Positions 27,066 to 41,164 of a DNA stretch of 64,000 nt are shown here, one piece after another; position 1 is the stretch's first letter, and each line of letters starts with the position of its first letter. The notes beneath the pieces were generated by a model. The model searched no databases and was not told the DNA's origin. It saw only the letters and a program-made list of their open reading frames with translations. This stretch comes from Eledone cirrhosa. Lineage: Eukaryota. Position numbers and translations under genes: made by a program. The stretch covers positions 7,006,001-7,070,000 of the forward strand of contig OZ024750.1 in assembly GCA_964016885.1 (NCBI GenBank), written 5' to 3'.

Positions 27066-27310
27066 AATATAAGAATGTCTCAGGGAAGAATTGCTGGACA
27101 TATTTTACGGGGAAAACCAACCGATAGGAGACCCAGGGGTAGACCCCGAGCAAAATGATCGGATAACATCCATGAGCTTGGCTGGTCTCGCTTGGGGATC
27201 CAGCCAGATCAGATAGAGACGGTTGCTTCCGACAGGACCCGCTGGAAGGAGTGTTTCAGGACTCTGTCACCCACCACAACCCTCTCAGGAATATCTGGGC
27301 GAAGAATACC
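27066..27310 (+). mobile_element. RTE-type LINE 3' fragment
   Basis: RMSQGRIAGHILRGKPTDRRPRGRPRAK*SDNIHELGWSRLGIQP; homologous to 58115-58345. Confidence 0.7.
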
Positions 27311-27840
27311 CTGAAGGTGCACTAGGACAGACACCAGTCGAATTATATTTATTTATATAAATAGGCTTTGACAATAATTTTTTCGTAGACGGAAAGATAA
27401 GTAAGGGGAACTTATCCTCTGATGATCGGCCAATCAGCTGTGAAACGTATTGAGTGTGTGTGAAGAGAACAGCAGAATATTTCTCTTCTTGTTCCAGCCT
27501 ATTCTTATCCAGCTATTATGCTCTCAGAGTAACTGCCTACACTGCTAATTAGGTCACATAGGTAACAGAAGTTTTCAAGTATTATGGAGCCTTCTTAGGA
27601 TAGGAAAATTTTTATTTCACTGGGACTTTTATTACTAACTAACCCTGAGCATCTTCCACATACAAAATCTACTCTTTTTGTTAGTCTGCCTGCTATCCTA
27701 CTACACCACTTGTTTATTAATGTTTCACATTGCATACACCATATAGAGTTCCTGGCAATCTAGGCCAGGTTGAAAATAGCACGAGTAATCACCAGTTTCT
27801 CGAAGGGTCACGGGCGCTATAATTCCATATCTGGCTAAAG

Positions 27841-27910
<70 letters not shown>

Positions 27911-28482
27911 GTGTGTGTGTGTAAAGGAAGATTGAAAGAAATGTAGCCACATTATAATCAGATGCCGATAACAGCAGACGACGGAAGTAAACAGAAGTAA
28001 GATGAAAATGGATTAGCAATGCTGATATTTGCTGTATACTTTAAGTTCAGTGATAGCACAATAAAGGATTAATGTATTGCAATATTACTTTAAATTTAAG
28101 CAATTAAATATTATTTAATTATTTTTTAGTTTAAGCTTATTTGATTAAAATTAATTAATTCTTTATACATTTTCTCTTCACCACGTAAGCGGTATCTCAA
28201 CAGGAAATGTAATTTTGATAAGATCCGCAACTAACAAGAAAAATAATAAATTTAAAATTAATATCATTAAATTTCACTCTAAGTAATATAAACTATAAAA
28301 AATATGAATAAAATATTTATTTAGAAAATAAAAATGACAAAATTAAATAAAATAATTTTAGAATTAAGCCCGTCTTCCACCATATTTTAATTCCCTTTAC
28401 ATCCGGTCCACGTGTGTTTTCTTTTGCACAATAAATTATCAATTCTTTTAATCAATACAGTTCGAAGACATTAACTAAAACC

Positions 28483-28606
28483 ATGGATGAAAGTGAACTT
28501 GATAAGACCTGTATTTGGATCAAGAAAATTAGTAATTTATCACCAATTGCTCTGCCACTAGCACCAAGAAAATTAACGAAAAGAATAAACAAAGTTGTTA
28601 AGAAAG
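28483..28606 (+). CDS. NHP2: NHP2 (H/ACA ribonucleoprotein subunit 2), exon 1
   Basis: accATGG start; MDESELDKTCIWIKKISNLSPIALPLAPRKLTKRINKVVKK+G, GTAAAG donor; contains the NHP2-typical PIAxPLAxxKLTK motif. Confidence 0.92.
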
Positions 28607-30317
28607 GTAAAGACATTTATTTAAATTTTCGTCGTTGAAACTAATTAGTAAAATAAATTCCTGTATCTTGTCTAAAATATCAGAACTCATCTCTTTTTAT
28701 AGTACACCAACTTATTTTATTTACTAATGTTTATCGATACAAACCACCGCTTTCCTCGATCATGTTTCTTTTCCCTCGTTTATTATCAACAGATTCTTTT
28801 ATAAATATTGTTCTTAATGATAGACATTATTCATGCCAGCTTTCCGTTTTCATAACCACAAAATACACTTGAATGTTCAATGTAAACTCTACACCAAGGA
28901 GTATGCGGTTAATTAAATATGTCTGTGTATTTTAAGAGAAATAACTGGTTGAACGATAGTGTGGATGCCAAATATTGTCTGATTTTAACTGTTACACAAG
29001 TTATAAACCGGTTTCCATTATCGGAAACACGACAGGGATAGAAACATCAACAGCAATATTGGCCAAGTGCCACAAAGATATTCAGGTTGAAATTGATATA
29101 GATTAATTAATACTGGATATAAATATTTATATCCAGTATCAAGTACCTGTCATAGACTGTGGTCGGTTAGTATTGTGAAACATCCTAGATGTGAATGGTG
29201 TTGTATATAGAGATAATCTTATTTAGAAACTCTGTATTAGTGGAGTTTCTTTCCTCGTAATGAGAAATTGAATTTTGTTTTTGGTCAAGTCGTAATCTCC
29301 TGTGTTTAAAATAATTCAGAAAAACAAAAGATTGGTAAAATTGGGGGGGGGGGGGGGGGTTTATAAATTGATGTTTATAACAAATTGATCTCAAACATTA
29401 ATATAGCTAATACGTTTAGTCTCAGGTCAACTGTAACAGAAAATGTATGATCAAAAACCTTCCAACCATGACCGTCTCGTCTTTTTTTTTTTTTTTTTTT
29501 AAGGATTTTGACTAAGTTAGCATTGATTTCGAAAACTTGATCTCTGGCGTATTTTTTTTCTTCTTCCCAAATTTAAAATGTAAATTCAAAGAGTAATGCA
29601 GATCGAAATTAGTTAAATTAAATACTATTTATGATAATATACTTTAATATAGTACTGCATGTTAACTATGTCGACCTAACAAAGAATGTAAACTTCGTTT
29701 GGCAGATGCACAGAAGACGTTAGCAGCCAGAGCACACATGAAACTGGTGCTATCGTATGCTCAAATAGTTTTCTAGAAATAGTTGATAGTTTTTGTTGCT
29801 TGGTTGACCAAATTAGTAGTGGAGGTGGATGTTCTGCAAATACAGAAACTAGAGTACTTTTCAAGAGAAGCCACCATAACGTCACTTTGGAAGAAAAGGA
29901 AATAATTTCAAGTCATTTTTTTTTTCCTTTGTAGAGAATTTGCTACTTTTTCGTCCCTAATGAAATACACATATTTCAATTAATTTTGAAAATAACCAAT
30001 ATCATGGAAGAATTTAATAACTAACCTAACTATTTCATTATTAATAAACTGAGAAAATTGGATACACAGAATAACCTGAGACAGCAACAGTTTCAAACTT
30101 AAGAAGCACAGATAAAGAAAATGAAATATTTTCATGTATTATAAAACCGTTTTGTTACCACAATACTAGTGAAATACACTGGTTCAATTAATTTTGAAAA
30201 TAATCAATAATATAGAGCAATTTAATAACATACCTACCTATTTCATTATTAAACTGATGTTCAGAGCATTACTTAATAAAAAGTTCTTGCATAAAATTAT
30301 GATATAAGGTTTTAATA

Positions 30318-30512
30318 TACCATATATACTCAAATATAAGCCCAGGAATATGTGACTCCACAAATCGATGGTAGAATGGGGCATGAGTCGACTTATATAC
30401 ACCATCTAAACAATGTGTTGATTGACTGTCTCAGCTTATAGATGGGGTTTGGATTTTTGCCCATTTCTCAGACATACAATAGGGGTTGGCTTATATTCAA
30501 GTATATATGGTA
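30318..30512. mobile_element. Tc1/mariner-superfamily (Tc2/pogo-like) MITE
   Basis: TIRs TACCATATATACTCAAATATAAGCC / GGCTTATATTCAAGTATATATGGTA with TA at the ends. Confidence 0.7.
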
Positions 30513-30589
30513 AGTATGAACATTTTAAAAGTAGCAGTTTTATATCATAAAAGCCAGAGGCAGTTTCAGGAGGTTAATAGATATTTCAG

Positions 30590-30777
30590 TGGATTGGCAG
30601 TATCGGGAGAGGGTCGGACGCCATGCTTTGAAGCATAGAGTTACGTCCCTTTATGATCTGAGTTCAAATCCCGCCTAGGTTAACTTTGCCTTTCATCCTT
30701 ATGGGGGTCGATAAAATAAAGTACCAGTAATGCACTGGGTAATTGTGGCCTTGTGCCAAGAGTAGAAACAATTATTA
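30590..30777 (+). mobile_element. Octopus-type SINE in NHP2 intron 1
   Basis: A-box-like TGGCAGTATCGG, B-box GAGTTCAAATCC, shared body. Confidence 0.8.
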
Positions 30778-30842
30778 AACTGTTTCCTGCTGCTGTCATA
30801 TTTGGAGCTAATTTTTCTAATATCTTTGTTTTCTTTTAACAG

Positions 30843-30912
30843 CTAGCAAAACAAAATCATTGAGGAAAGGTGTGAGAGAAGTACAAAAGTTTATAAGGCG
30901 AGGAGAAAGGGG
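30843..30912 (+). CDS. NHP2: NHP2 exon 2
   Basis: Pyrimidine tract plus acAG; (A)SKTKSLRKGVREVQKFIRRGERG, the L7Ae-domain GVxEVQK motif; GTAAGT donor; phases match both neighbours. Confidence 0.95.
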
Positions 30913-31029
30913 GTAAGTTTATAAAATAGACCAGCTTTGATACTCCACTAGATTGTTTACATGCCTCCAAGATAAATGTGCCTTGCCCAGTAATAGTTGT
31001 GGTTGCCCCAAGATTGTGATTTACTGCCC

Positions 31030-31330
31030 AACCCATGCAGGTGTGGAAAGTAAAGGATGTAAAATGATGATGATGATACCATGATTGAACTGTTGTAATT
31101 CTGTGATTGAGGGTTTTATCATCATCATCGTTTAACGTCCATCTTCCACGCTAGCATGGGTTGGACGGGTTTGTCCCACTTGAGGCAAGTTGGTTCAGGT
31201 GACCATGTCTTGCTTGTACAGAACTGTTTCTGGCAGGTTCTCTATGGCTGGATGGCCTTCCTAATACCAACCACATTTAGTGTGGACTGGGAGCCTTTTT
31301 ATCATGTCCCCTACATGACCACTTTACAGT
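31030..31330. mobile_element. Second SINE family fragments, tail-to-tail, in NHP2 intron 2
   Basis: (ATG)n/(CAT)n tails with acccatgc..ggatgtaaaatgatg and its inverse; the motif ctatggctggatg(g/c)ccttcctaa(t/c)(a/g)ccaaccac recurs at 31640-31685. Confidence 0.6.
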
Positions 31331-31400
31331 GTGTTGTAATTCTGAAGGAATTTTTATGATATTTGATCTTGATTATTTTGTTTTTCTTCTTCCCATGCAG

Positions 31401-31506
31401 GATAGTTATTTTAGCTGGTGACATTAGTCCTATTGATATCTACAGTCACATTCCTATCATGTGTGAGGATAGTGAAATTCCATATTGCTATGTTCCTTCC
31501 AAACAG
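31401..31506 (+). CDS. NHP2: NHP2 exon 3
   Basis: gcAG acceptor; [35 protein letters not shown] (L7Ae core); GTGAGT donor. Confidence 0.96.
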
Positions 31507-31713
31507 GTGAGTTTACTATATTTTTTGTACGTCTTAAATATTTTAATGTCTTATTTCTGATCTACGTAGGGCTACTGGTCTCCCATATAAGCCAGCTTGG
31601 GTTGTCCAGATGCGAGCAACTGAACTAATTTCGGTTTGGTTTCTATGGCTGGATGCCCTTCCTAACGCCAACCACATTTACAGTGAAAATAAATATATTT
31701 TTTTTTCTGTCAG

Positions 31714-31839
31714 GATCTTGGCGCTGCCTGTGGAACAATACGGCCAGTCAGTTTGATAATGATAAATAAAAATCAAGCATATGAAGACCTCTACACAGAA
31801 TTATGGGATGAAATCAAAAGTTTACCATTTCCTATTTGA
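31714..31839 (+). CDS. NHP2: NHP2 exon 4 (terminal; spliced CDS 426 nt, 141 aa)
   Basis: tcAG acceptor; DLGAACGTIRPVSLIMINKNQAYEDLYTELWDEIKSLPFPI then TGA. Confidence 0.95.
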   Translation, partial: DLGAACGTIRPVSLIMINKNQAYEDLYTELWDEIKSLPFPI

Positions 31840-31858
31840 GTTGTATATATTTTTTAAG

Positions 31859-31864
31859 AATAAA
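31859..31864 (+). terminator. Probable polyadenylation signal of NHP2
   Basis: AATAAA ~20 nt after the stop codon, followed by T-rich sequence. Confidence 0.55.
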
Positions 31865-33084
31865 TTAATACCAAACAATTCTTTATTTAAATTTTCCATA
31901 TAATAATTTTCTATTATAATGTACGGTGGTGATCTGTTTGGAATATTTTGCTAGAAGTGATAGCATGTAAATAATGTAGAAATGCAAGGGTGGGCAACAT
32001 TTCTGGACCTTAGTAAAGTAAATCCTTTAGATCTGGCTTGATGAAAGCTTTAAATAATACATTTATACATACATACTAAGGGTGGCTGACCAAGGTACTC
32101 TCATGGTATAACCAAATGAGGTTTATTTTTCAACAGTCTCTAGAAAGAAACAATGCAGTTATTAATAAGGGGAGTTGAAATTTATGCATGCAAGATTTCA
32201 CAGCTCTAGCATCATTCCATAGTCAACTACAGTAATTAGATTCAAGCATTTAAAATTAAGGAAAGGAATTAAGTTTTAAATATGTTTATAATTTTATTAG
32301 ACACTTCAACAGTTGGATTTCACAAATCCTGACATCAACATATTTGAATTGAGCTGCTTGTATTTATATGGTACAGAAAAATATTGAAGCTTACATGAAA
32401 ACAAAATTGACAAGCATAACAAAATGACAGCATTGCCTCAGCAGAACTCACATAAGACTTTATTTAGCTGTTATTATCAGAAAGATCCAACATAGAAGAA
32501 AGAGGAGAATATGAATTGAAACGGGATATAACAGACAGAATCTAGAATAAGTGGCTTGGTGAAAGATTAATTCCACATTTATTTTTTTAATAAATAAATG
32601 GACAATTTAGATGATTTAGGAGAGTTTTTTTTTTTTTCTTTAAATAAAAAAATTAAACCCTAACTCACCTCCTGTAGATGATTAAAAATATCTCATGTCA
32701 TGCAGATATCACATGATAGAAGTAGATAGTAAGGAACAACTCGTATGAACGTGGATACGTATATAATTTAAAAAAAGTTATCCAAACTTGTGATGAAAGA
32801 TTAAATATTTTTAATCCATTTATTTTGAGTGTCTTGCCATGAAGAAGTAATAAAAAAAAAAAAAAAAAAAAAAAATCCTAAATCAATTCAATATATATTT
32901 TCCTACCCTACAATAACATGGATTTTGTAATATAGCCCAAATTCCATGAAAATTTTAGTCTTAAGTCTATTCTGTTTTTAAAGGTTAGTTTATTTCTTTC
33001 ATATACCACCCCTGTATAATTTCATACAGTAGATATTCGTACAAATTACATCTAACCACTGGTGCAGTTATTTCTCAAATCTAA

Positions 33085-33300
33085 AGTCTGTCGGTTCATC
33101 AGGCTGATGCTTATCCTGGTTTCTGTGGCGATAAGCAACTGACAGTACATGACTCTAGTCTATCACAGGGTTAAACCCCCATTTATTGCTGGTACTTATT
33201 TGCAGGTGAGTATACCAGAGCAACATGAAAGTGTTTTTTTTAAGAACACACAACATTATGATCATAAGTCCAACACCCTTACCACTAGGCCACATGCCTT
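33085..33300 (-). mobile_element. Third tRNA-derived SINE family (degenerate)
   Basis: The minus strand has a gtggcctagtggtaagg head, a gtacc central block, accctgtgatagact and a gaaaccaggataagc..cctgatgaacc tail; related to 44878-45290. Confidence 0.55.
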
Positions 33301-35487
33301 CATCCAAGTAGACAACAAACAATAATTGTGATACTTAGGCACTTTTCATCCATCCATTGTTAAATTACCATTGCTTATACTCAACACATTATTCTATATA
33401 TGCCTTTCATTTCACCACCAATATAACTATCATTCTCCATCCTTTATACAGGGAAAAAACTGATGTTAAAGCTATGATATCCCTTCTTTGGATAGAATCA
33501 CCTCCAGCTTTATTTTCCATTGATATCAGAACTATTATTTCTCATTTAACGTGAGAAATGGATGGAATTTACTTCTGGTTAGTTATTATTTCATGTTAAT
33601 CTTCATGAAATCCCATGGCAATGATTAAGCTGATTATATTTTGAGTCCCTGCCTAATCCTGGAAAATATTGAGTATTATTATTATTAGTAGTCTTCCAGG
33701 TTTCAAATATATTTTTCTCACAGCTCTTGGACTGATTCCGCAATAAAGACATACAAAGACAACCTAAAATTCTGAAGTGTTTTAAAGACAATTATGGAAA
33801 TAAAGTGACTGAGGACTGGGCAGTTTTTGAACATTCTTTTGATTTTAAATATCAAACTGACAATTTGTCTTTTAACTTCTTCATACCTCAGAAATTTTAT
33901 ATTTTCTGCAAGTTTTTTTTTCATTGTCTGAGATCCTGCCAAAACCCTTACTATATTAATAAATGCAAGATAGGGCTTTTTTTTTTTTTTTTTTGCCAAA
34001 TAATTTTATGCAGATGTCTCGCCAGGAATAGGGTTACTACTACTACACTTTCAAATGATAGAACTAACTTAGGTTTTAAAGTTATATATATAAATAAATT
34101 AAATCATTTAAAACTATCATATTTAAAAAGTCTATATAATAAAAAAAAAAAAGTAATTCTTCATATGTATTTTTAAAAATATATAAAAATATAAAATGAA
34201 ACAATACATTGGGTTGAAATAATAAAATGAAGAATTTTTCATTGGCAAGATTAAGCAGATAGGATTACCACGTATTGACACTCAATTTAAATTTATGGAG
34301 TAATATTTTTTTTCATTAGAAAACTGAAAGGAAATAACTTTTACTAAATCACAGACAAAGAAGGAGGTGGTGACTTGTTTGTTTAATACAAGAAGGTTCA
34401 TATACATGCATACACACACACACATACGCATAAACACACACACATGCATGTTATTTCCATGTGAAGTTTCAAACAATATACGAGTTTTAACATTTAAAAA
34501 TTCTTTTGTACATTTGTGGAAAATAGTAGAGGCGAGGGCAACAACAAGAACATAATGTTGAATTTTTATCACATATAATGGTGAATTTTGTTATTTACAA
34601 GAAGACATTTTCTTTTTTCTTCATTCATAAACATTACTGAACAACTCAATAAAACACACTTTTTTGGCTTAAATTATTTTCTGATTAATTCAGAAAAGAA
34701 TTTGAAGTAATGGTAAAAAAATTTAAGTCAAAAATAAATTAAACTATTTTCTAAAAAATAGTAATATTTAATATAATTATATTTATTGTTCTGAATTTAA
34801 AAGAATTAAAAATAAAAAAAAATGATTTTCTTAAACACTCTTTACTAACTAACTTAAAAATAATAAAATAAGTTATTATAAAAAATAAACAGATATTCAT
34901 ATATATATATATAGTAAACTAAATAAACTTTAGAATATTGTTATATCTTTATACAAATAAATAAAATTAATCTACATCTTGATTTCTTTTCTGATACACT
35001 TCAGATATTTATTAAAACAATAACAAAATAAAAAAAATCATTAAAAAAAAAGAAAGAAGCCCAAACTGCTTCTTAAATTGTCACTGAGTGAATATAACAG
35101 ACAATATAAGTTGAGATTTTTTTTGACAAAAAAAAAAGTGTCAGTGATTCAACACAATTTTCTGAAACATGTGAGCCTTGCTTTACATTGATATAAATTT
35201 TATCAAAAGCAAATCATCGTCGGATCATTTGAGACAGTTATAAAAACCAAAAGATTTCCCCAACCCTTCCATCCCCCCAAAAAGAATCAGTTTATAAATC
35301 TGGTATTAATACTTAATTATACTCATTACACACAGATTTTCCTTTTAAATGTACCAATTATAACAATCACTTCATCAGAGGTTACATTTTTCTGTTTAAA
35401 TTTCAAGCCTAAAATTAGACCTGTGATTGCTAATGGGGTACATTTCAGTTTCTACACCATATTTCACATTTTTCTGCACTTTTAACT

Positions 35488-35631
35488 ACCCTATATATTC
35501 AATTATAAGCTGACCCCACTATTTTATGTCTGAGAAATGGGTGAAAATCATCAAAATATTGACCCTGAATATAAGCAGGCCCTGCTTCTAACCATCAATG
35601 TTTTTGGTCACATATTCGAGTATATACGGTA
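35488..35631. mobile_element. Tc1/mariner-superfamily MITE, same family
   Basis: Ends ccctatatattcaattataag / atattcgagtatatacggta; internal similarity to 30318-30512 in inverse orientation. Confidence 0.6.
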
Positions 35632-35689
35632 AATATACTATCATAAATTACTCAAGCTATCATTTTGTAAAAGATATTCAAAGTTACCT

Positions 35690-35723
<34 letters not shown>

Positions 35724-36034
35724 ATTACTGACTGGGCATAACTGTTAGCTTTGTTTCATCCATCATCTTAAAAGTAAATATATCAGCTGTAAAAATATAT
35801 TACTAATATATCAGACATTTCTAGTTTAGTTTTAAAGAAACCTACCAAGAATTTAGAAATCTTTAACAGTGAAACTAATTGGAAAAAAAAGAATGGCTGA
35901 ACAAATAATTTTGTTGACACCAGGATAAGAGTTAATAAAAGTTAAAAAAGAAACTTCTGCTAGAAAGAAATGGAGACTTTTTTTTACTATATATGCAAGC
36001 TAAAATACATTACTAAATAGAATGAAGACCCTTA

Positions 36035-36225
36035 CCCTTTAGCATTTAAACCAGCCATATTCGGCCAGAATTCTCTCACCTCTTTCTGTTCAAATTGGCT
36101 GTAACCAGCTGCTCATACAGATGTTAAGGTATTTTTCTCAAAATCATAAATTCAATAATATATGAGGTAAAGCCTTTACTGTGAAAATACAATAGTAAGT
36201 TTAGAGTACTGCAAATGCTAAAGGG
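36035..36225. mobile_element. piggyBac-like MITE
   Basis: CCCTTTAGCATTT ... AAATGCTAAAGGG followed by TTAA; partial copies at ~16455-16655 and ~39157-39327. Confidence 0.65.
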
Positions 36226-36811
36226 TTAAACCGGCCAGAATTCTTTCTGTTTAACCTAACTAAACCAATGAAAAATCTGTGTCCCTTGATCAGGTGTGAA
36301 GGTATTTGACTGCTATATCTATTGCGCTGAGTAACTACACAGAAGCTCTCCAGTGTAGTATTACGGTGATTAAACTCCTGTAGAAAGTTTATAGATCAAC
36401 TAGCTTGTTATTTATACTTTTGTGTTGTGAGTATTGTCTGTGTATAGAAAGAATATCTATATATACAGACTGCGAGTGAAAAATGTCAGCCAACACTAGT
36501 ATCTATTTAAATATATATATAATATCAATATATAGACTAGGAATGAAAAATGTCAGCCAACACCAACAACTATTTGAATACATATAATTGATTATATATT
36601 CAATTATATATACATACAAAGTATGATTGAATGTCATTCATTACAACACCTTTAACACTTTATCTATCTATCTACCTATATATATACCTTGTGTATGTAT
36701 AGATATTGATTATACAAATTGTCACATAACGTTTCAAATAATTGGATGTACAACTCCCTTGAAAGATGTGTAAGGAATTAAGAATGATGTAAAACAGAAT
36801 TTTTCCATCTT

Positions 36812-36847
<36 letters not shown>

Positions 36848-39664
36848 CACACACACACAAGATTTTGGCTTTGCTTGGTTAGCAAGTCTGATGAGCAGAT
36901 CAGGCTGGAGTCGGGTCTATAGCATTCATATAGATCCTGAGCCACCTATCTATAAAACGGTTGGAACTATGTATAAACAATAAAGACCTGAATGTGAAAC
37001 TTTGCTTTGTTTGTGTGAATGTGTTTTATTACAATACTCACACATACAATTTTGAAGTTATTTCCTTTAAAATACTAAATGAATACTTTGGAGGTTATTG
37101 TGTAGCAAAAAATGCTGCTGAATTTCTTACACATCTTTCTAAAAAGATATGACAACTGATTTTTCCTGTCAGCCTGTGAGACCGATTTCATGACAGTTGA
37201 TGATAAACCAACTTAAAGTGTGTTGGTGTTGACCAAGGAGGCTTACTGTATTTTATTGTTTATGGATTAAAAACCCAACAGTATTGATGAGAAACACTTC
37301 ATCTCATGAAATACAAGGACTAGTTGCTGGAAAACTGGAAACAACAATGTTATTGTTCACCAGATATGATTCAGTTGGCAATATTGAAATTACATAAACA
37401 ATGTTACTTGCACGATTAAGAGAAAACGCCCGACGTAAGTTTTGAATGTTTTTCTTTACCATTATTCTTTTCAATGGACCTGACTTTTAGAGAGACAGAG
37501 AGCCTACATGTATGATAGGATATGTGTGCTGTGTTGACAGTTAATACAAGGTGTTACAGGTAGGTAATACTAATGTGATAGCTATATAATCAAGATTACA
37601 CAGTAAAGACTGTTTTTTCTTCAGTTCAGTACCAGATAATAAATTTATTCCTGATCATCTGATGACTTCTAGAAGGTTCAATGTGTGATTCATATTAGAA
37701 CTCTAGATTCTTTAATTAATTAACAAATTGCCTATTATCTCCACTGAAACCCAGCTAATGTTCTTGCCTCTCTTCACTCATGACCCCTCATACTCTAAAT
37801 ACTAACTGCAATTCTTCAGACTTCCTTCTTGCAGAAGACACCAGACTAACAAATGCGCTGTTCTTCCCCTGATGCATCCCAGATAGGATTAAATCTCGAG
37901 ACATAACTAAGATTAAGATAGAAACTTGTTTCATATTATCTCTTAATATCCTGCAATGATTCAGCAAAAAATAGGTTTGTTGATTCAAATGTTTATAATA
38001 GATTTTCTAGTGGACAGACCCTTGTGAATATTTGAAGTAAACTAAAGTCCAGAGATTAATTTGTAATGTGATGTGATGCCATCATAATACTGTTTTGTAC
38101 TTTGCAAGAATGAATGTTTTGCCAATGTGGTTTCATGAGGTACAGGACGTTAAGAGTTAATATTGACATTAGGACACTGAATTTGAAAAATTGGTAAAGT
38201 ATCAAATGAAACAGTAGTATTTACTTCCATGCTGAGTTTAGACCCTGCCATGCTCATTTATGTTGATAAATTAAATATTTAATGACATATTGGAGTTTAT
38301 TTAATCATCTATTTCCATCCCTGAAAACATGTGGTCTTGTATGAATGTGAAGAATTCATCATATTGACATTACAACGAAGTTTCTACAGATGTCTGGTGT
38401 TCTTCTGGACATCAGACTCAAATGTTAGACTGGAATAATGTAGGAGATATTGAGGGATTTATCAAATTATTAATTATTTCATTACTAAGTAACTCAATGT
38501 AAGATTTTAATTCAAATTGGAAACCTTTAAAATGGGAGATTTTATTTCATAGAACCAGAGCTGGTTTTTGTTGGATTGGTAACTAAAGGGTTAATACAGT
38601 TTCTGACAGATACTGAACAAACATGAGAATAAGACTTTTCACAGTGGCATCAGAAAATGAACAGCAATGATCTTTACTAACTTAGATGTAGAGGGAGAGA
38701 ATTAAGATAAACCAATCACAGTGTATGAGGTAAGAGATTGAAGACTGCAAAAAGGAAAAGACCCCAAAGCAAATTCATTGCCATCATCGTATTTAATGCT
38801 GGCATAGATTGTCTTCTCATCTATTAGGCTGAGCGTTTTGGAATCTAAACTCACCATTTCTTAGTCACAAGGCCTTGAAATAATGACAATACTCATAATC
38901 CATTAATCTCCATACCAATGTGATCTCTTATATGCAATGACTGATGCCTTTAATATCCAGCCAGTTTTCTCAGTTTATTAGTAATCTGCCTTTCATTATA
39001 TATCCAAACAGACCATGGTAAATATTCTCTCAAATCTTTACAAATATTACATATTTAATGTCCATGTAGCATCCCATTTCTTCTGCTTACTACAGACACT
39101 ATCTTTGTTGCTAAAAGATGTAAAAACTCCTGCAATTTTTCCACCCCTTTCGTATCTGCCCAGAATTCTCTCGCCTCTTTCTGTTCAAACTGGTTATTCA
39201 TAATATTAAAGTATTCTTCTCCAACTAAATAATATCAAAATCTCATAGATTTGATATTATGTGAGGTAAAGCTTTTATCATAAAAATATAATACTATATA
39301 CAGAGTAATATAAATGTTAAAGGGTTAAAAGTAAGTCTGGTAAATTTTGTTCTGTTATGGTATATATATATATATATATATATATATCATCTAAGTAATA
39401 TACCCATAGCAATCACAATATATTTAATCCAATACAGATTAGTAACCTGAAGATGAAGTGATAACAATTCAATTATAAAGAGAGAAACACACACACTGAT
39501 TATTTTAAAATATTTATGTTTAAAACTCAAGCTACATTTTGTCACGACTCTAAATATTCTTTATGGCTTCATACATAGAGAGGAAAGAGAATGAGGCTTT
39601 AGTTTTAAACAAATTATTATATATTTATATTGGGTACCATTTTCTTGTTTGCGAAATCTTACTG

Positions 39665-39681
39665 AATATATATATATATTC

Positions 39682-39718
<37 letters not shown>

Positions 39719-39894
39719 AAATGGGAAAAGAGTCAGGACCCCGACAGCTGAACTATTGCCGTTTCGACAGCTAGATCCGACATGTTTACATATATACATA
39801 TATACATATATATATATGTATGTATATATATATATATATATATATTTACACATACACACACATGTATACATATATCTACACATATATATATATG

Positions 39895-39936
<42 letters not shown>

Positions 39937-40350
39937 CACACATACATACATATGTATACATACATTGATACATATATATACACAAACACACCTTAAAATC
40001 TAATGAGGGGAAAGGAAGAAGGAACAAGAATTTATTCCCGAAATCATCCATAATCCGTAATAAATAAAAATCTAATCCATTCTATTACAAATGTTGGGAT
40101 TATTAGAAAACCATTGTTTCAGATTAGATATAAAGAATAAGAGTTAGTTGATAGAGAAGATAGTCTATGTAGTTTAAGATGAAGGACAAACACATCCTGC
40201 CAGTTTTATTTGGGAATCTGTCCTGCCATTGTACATTTACATATATATATCATCATTATCATCATTTAACGATATATATATACATACACAAACATACATA
40301 CAGATGCTTATATATATATTTATATATATATACACACACACATAGATGCT

Positions 40351-40386
<36 letters not shown>

Positions 40387-40435
40387 TGCTTATTTATATA
40401 TATATACACACACACATATATACATAAATGCTTAT

Positions 40436-40466
<31 letters not shown>

Positions 40467-40564
40467 TATACATAGATGCTTATTTACATATATATATATA
40501 CACACACATATATACATAGATGCTTATATATTTATATATACACATACACATAGATGCTTATATT

Positions 40565-40608
<44 letters not shown>

Positions 40609-40780
40609 CTTATACATATCTAGATATACACACATTTATACATATCTATATATACACACATTTATACATATCTATATATACACACACATACATATCTATA
40701 TAAACACACACATCTATATATATATACATATCAATATATATACACACACACTTATACATAACTTCATACACATATATCTA
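39665..40780. repeat. Compound (TA)n/(CA)n microsatellite region
   Basis: Long interrupted TA/CA tracts; similar tracts at 22770-23340, 43285-43740, 44400-45485 and 60115-60345. Confidence 0.9.
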
Positions 40781-41164
40781 CAGAAGCAGCAAATTGTTAC
40801 AGACATTAAATGACAAGAAAATGCCTTGCAGTATTTGCTACAGCTCTTTGCTCTGAGTTCATAACACACTGAGGTCAACTTTACAATTCATCCTTTCTCA
40901 GGTTTGAGAAAATAAAGTAATAGTCAAGTACAGTGGATTAGAGTAATTGTTAGTGTTGAATGAGATACCTAGCAGTAATTATTACAGCTATGAGTTCTGA
41001 GTTGTTGGCAGGCAGACATATTGTGTCTACTATTCTAGAGAAGTCCTCTATCCCTATTTTACAGACAGCATTTACCATGTCCCATGTTTTGAATTGACTT
41101 TTTGTATATCCAATAGGTAAAGCACATACTTGCTTTTTACACTGCATTTTGGAAGAAGCTATGT

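Noticed and set aside
31063-31130. Box C/D snoRNA in NHP2 intron 2 (ATGATGA with terminal complementarity)
   Set aside because: The ends are (ATG)n/(CAT)n tails of two inverted SINE fragments and there is no properly placed CTGA D box.
37655-37690. CTGATGA followed by a CTTCTAGAAG palindrome
   Set aside because: No GAAA box or helix III/NUH follows.
32000-38200. Possible very long 3' UTR or extra gene between NHP2 and the zinc-finger gene
   Set aside because: U-rich on the minus strand, but no coding exon or definable end can be supported from sequence alone.
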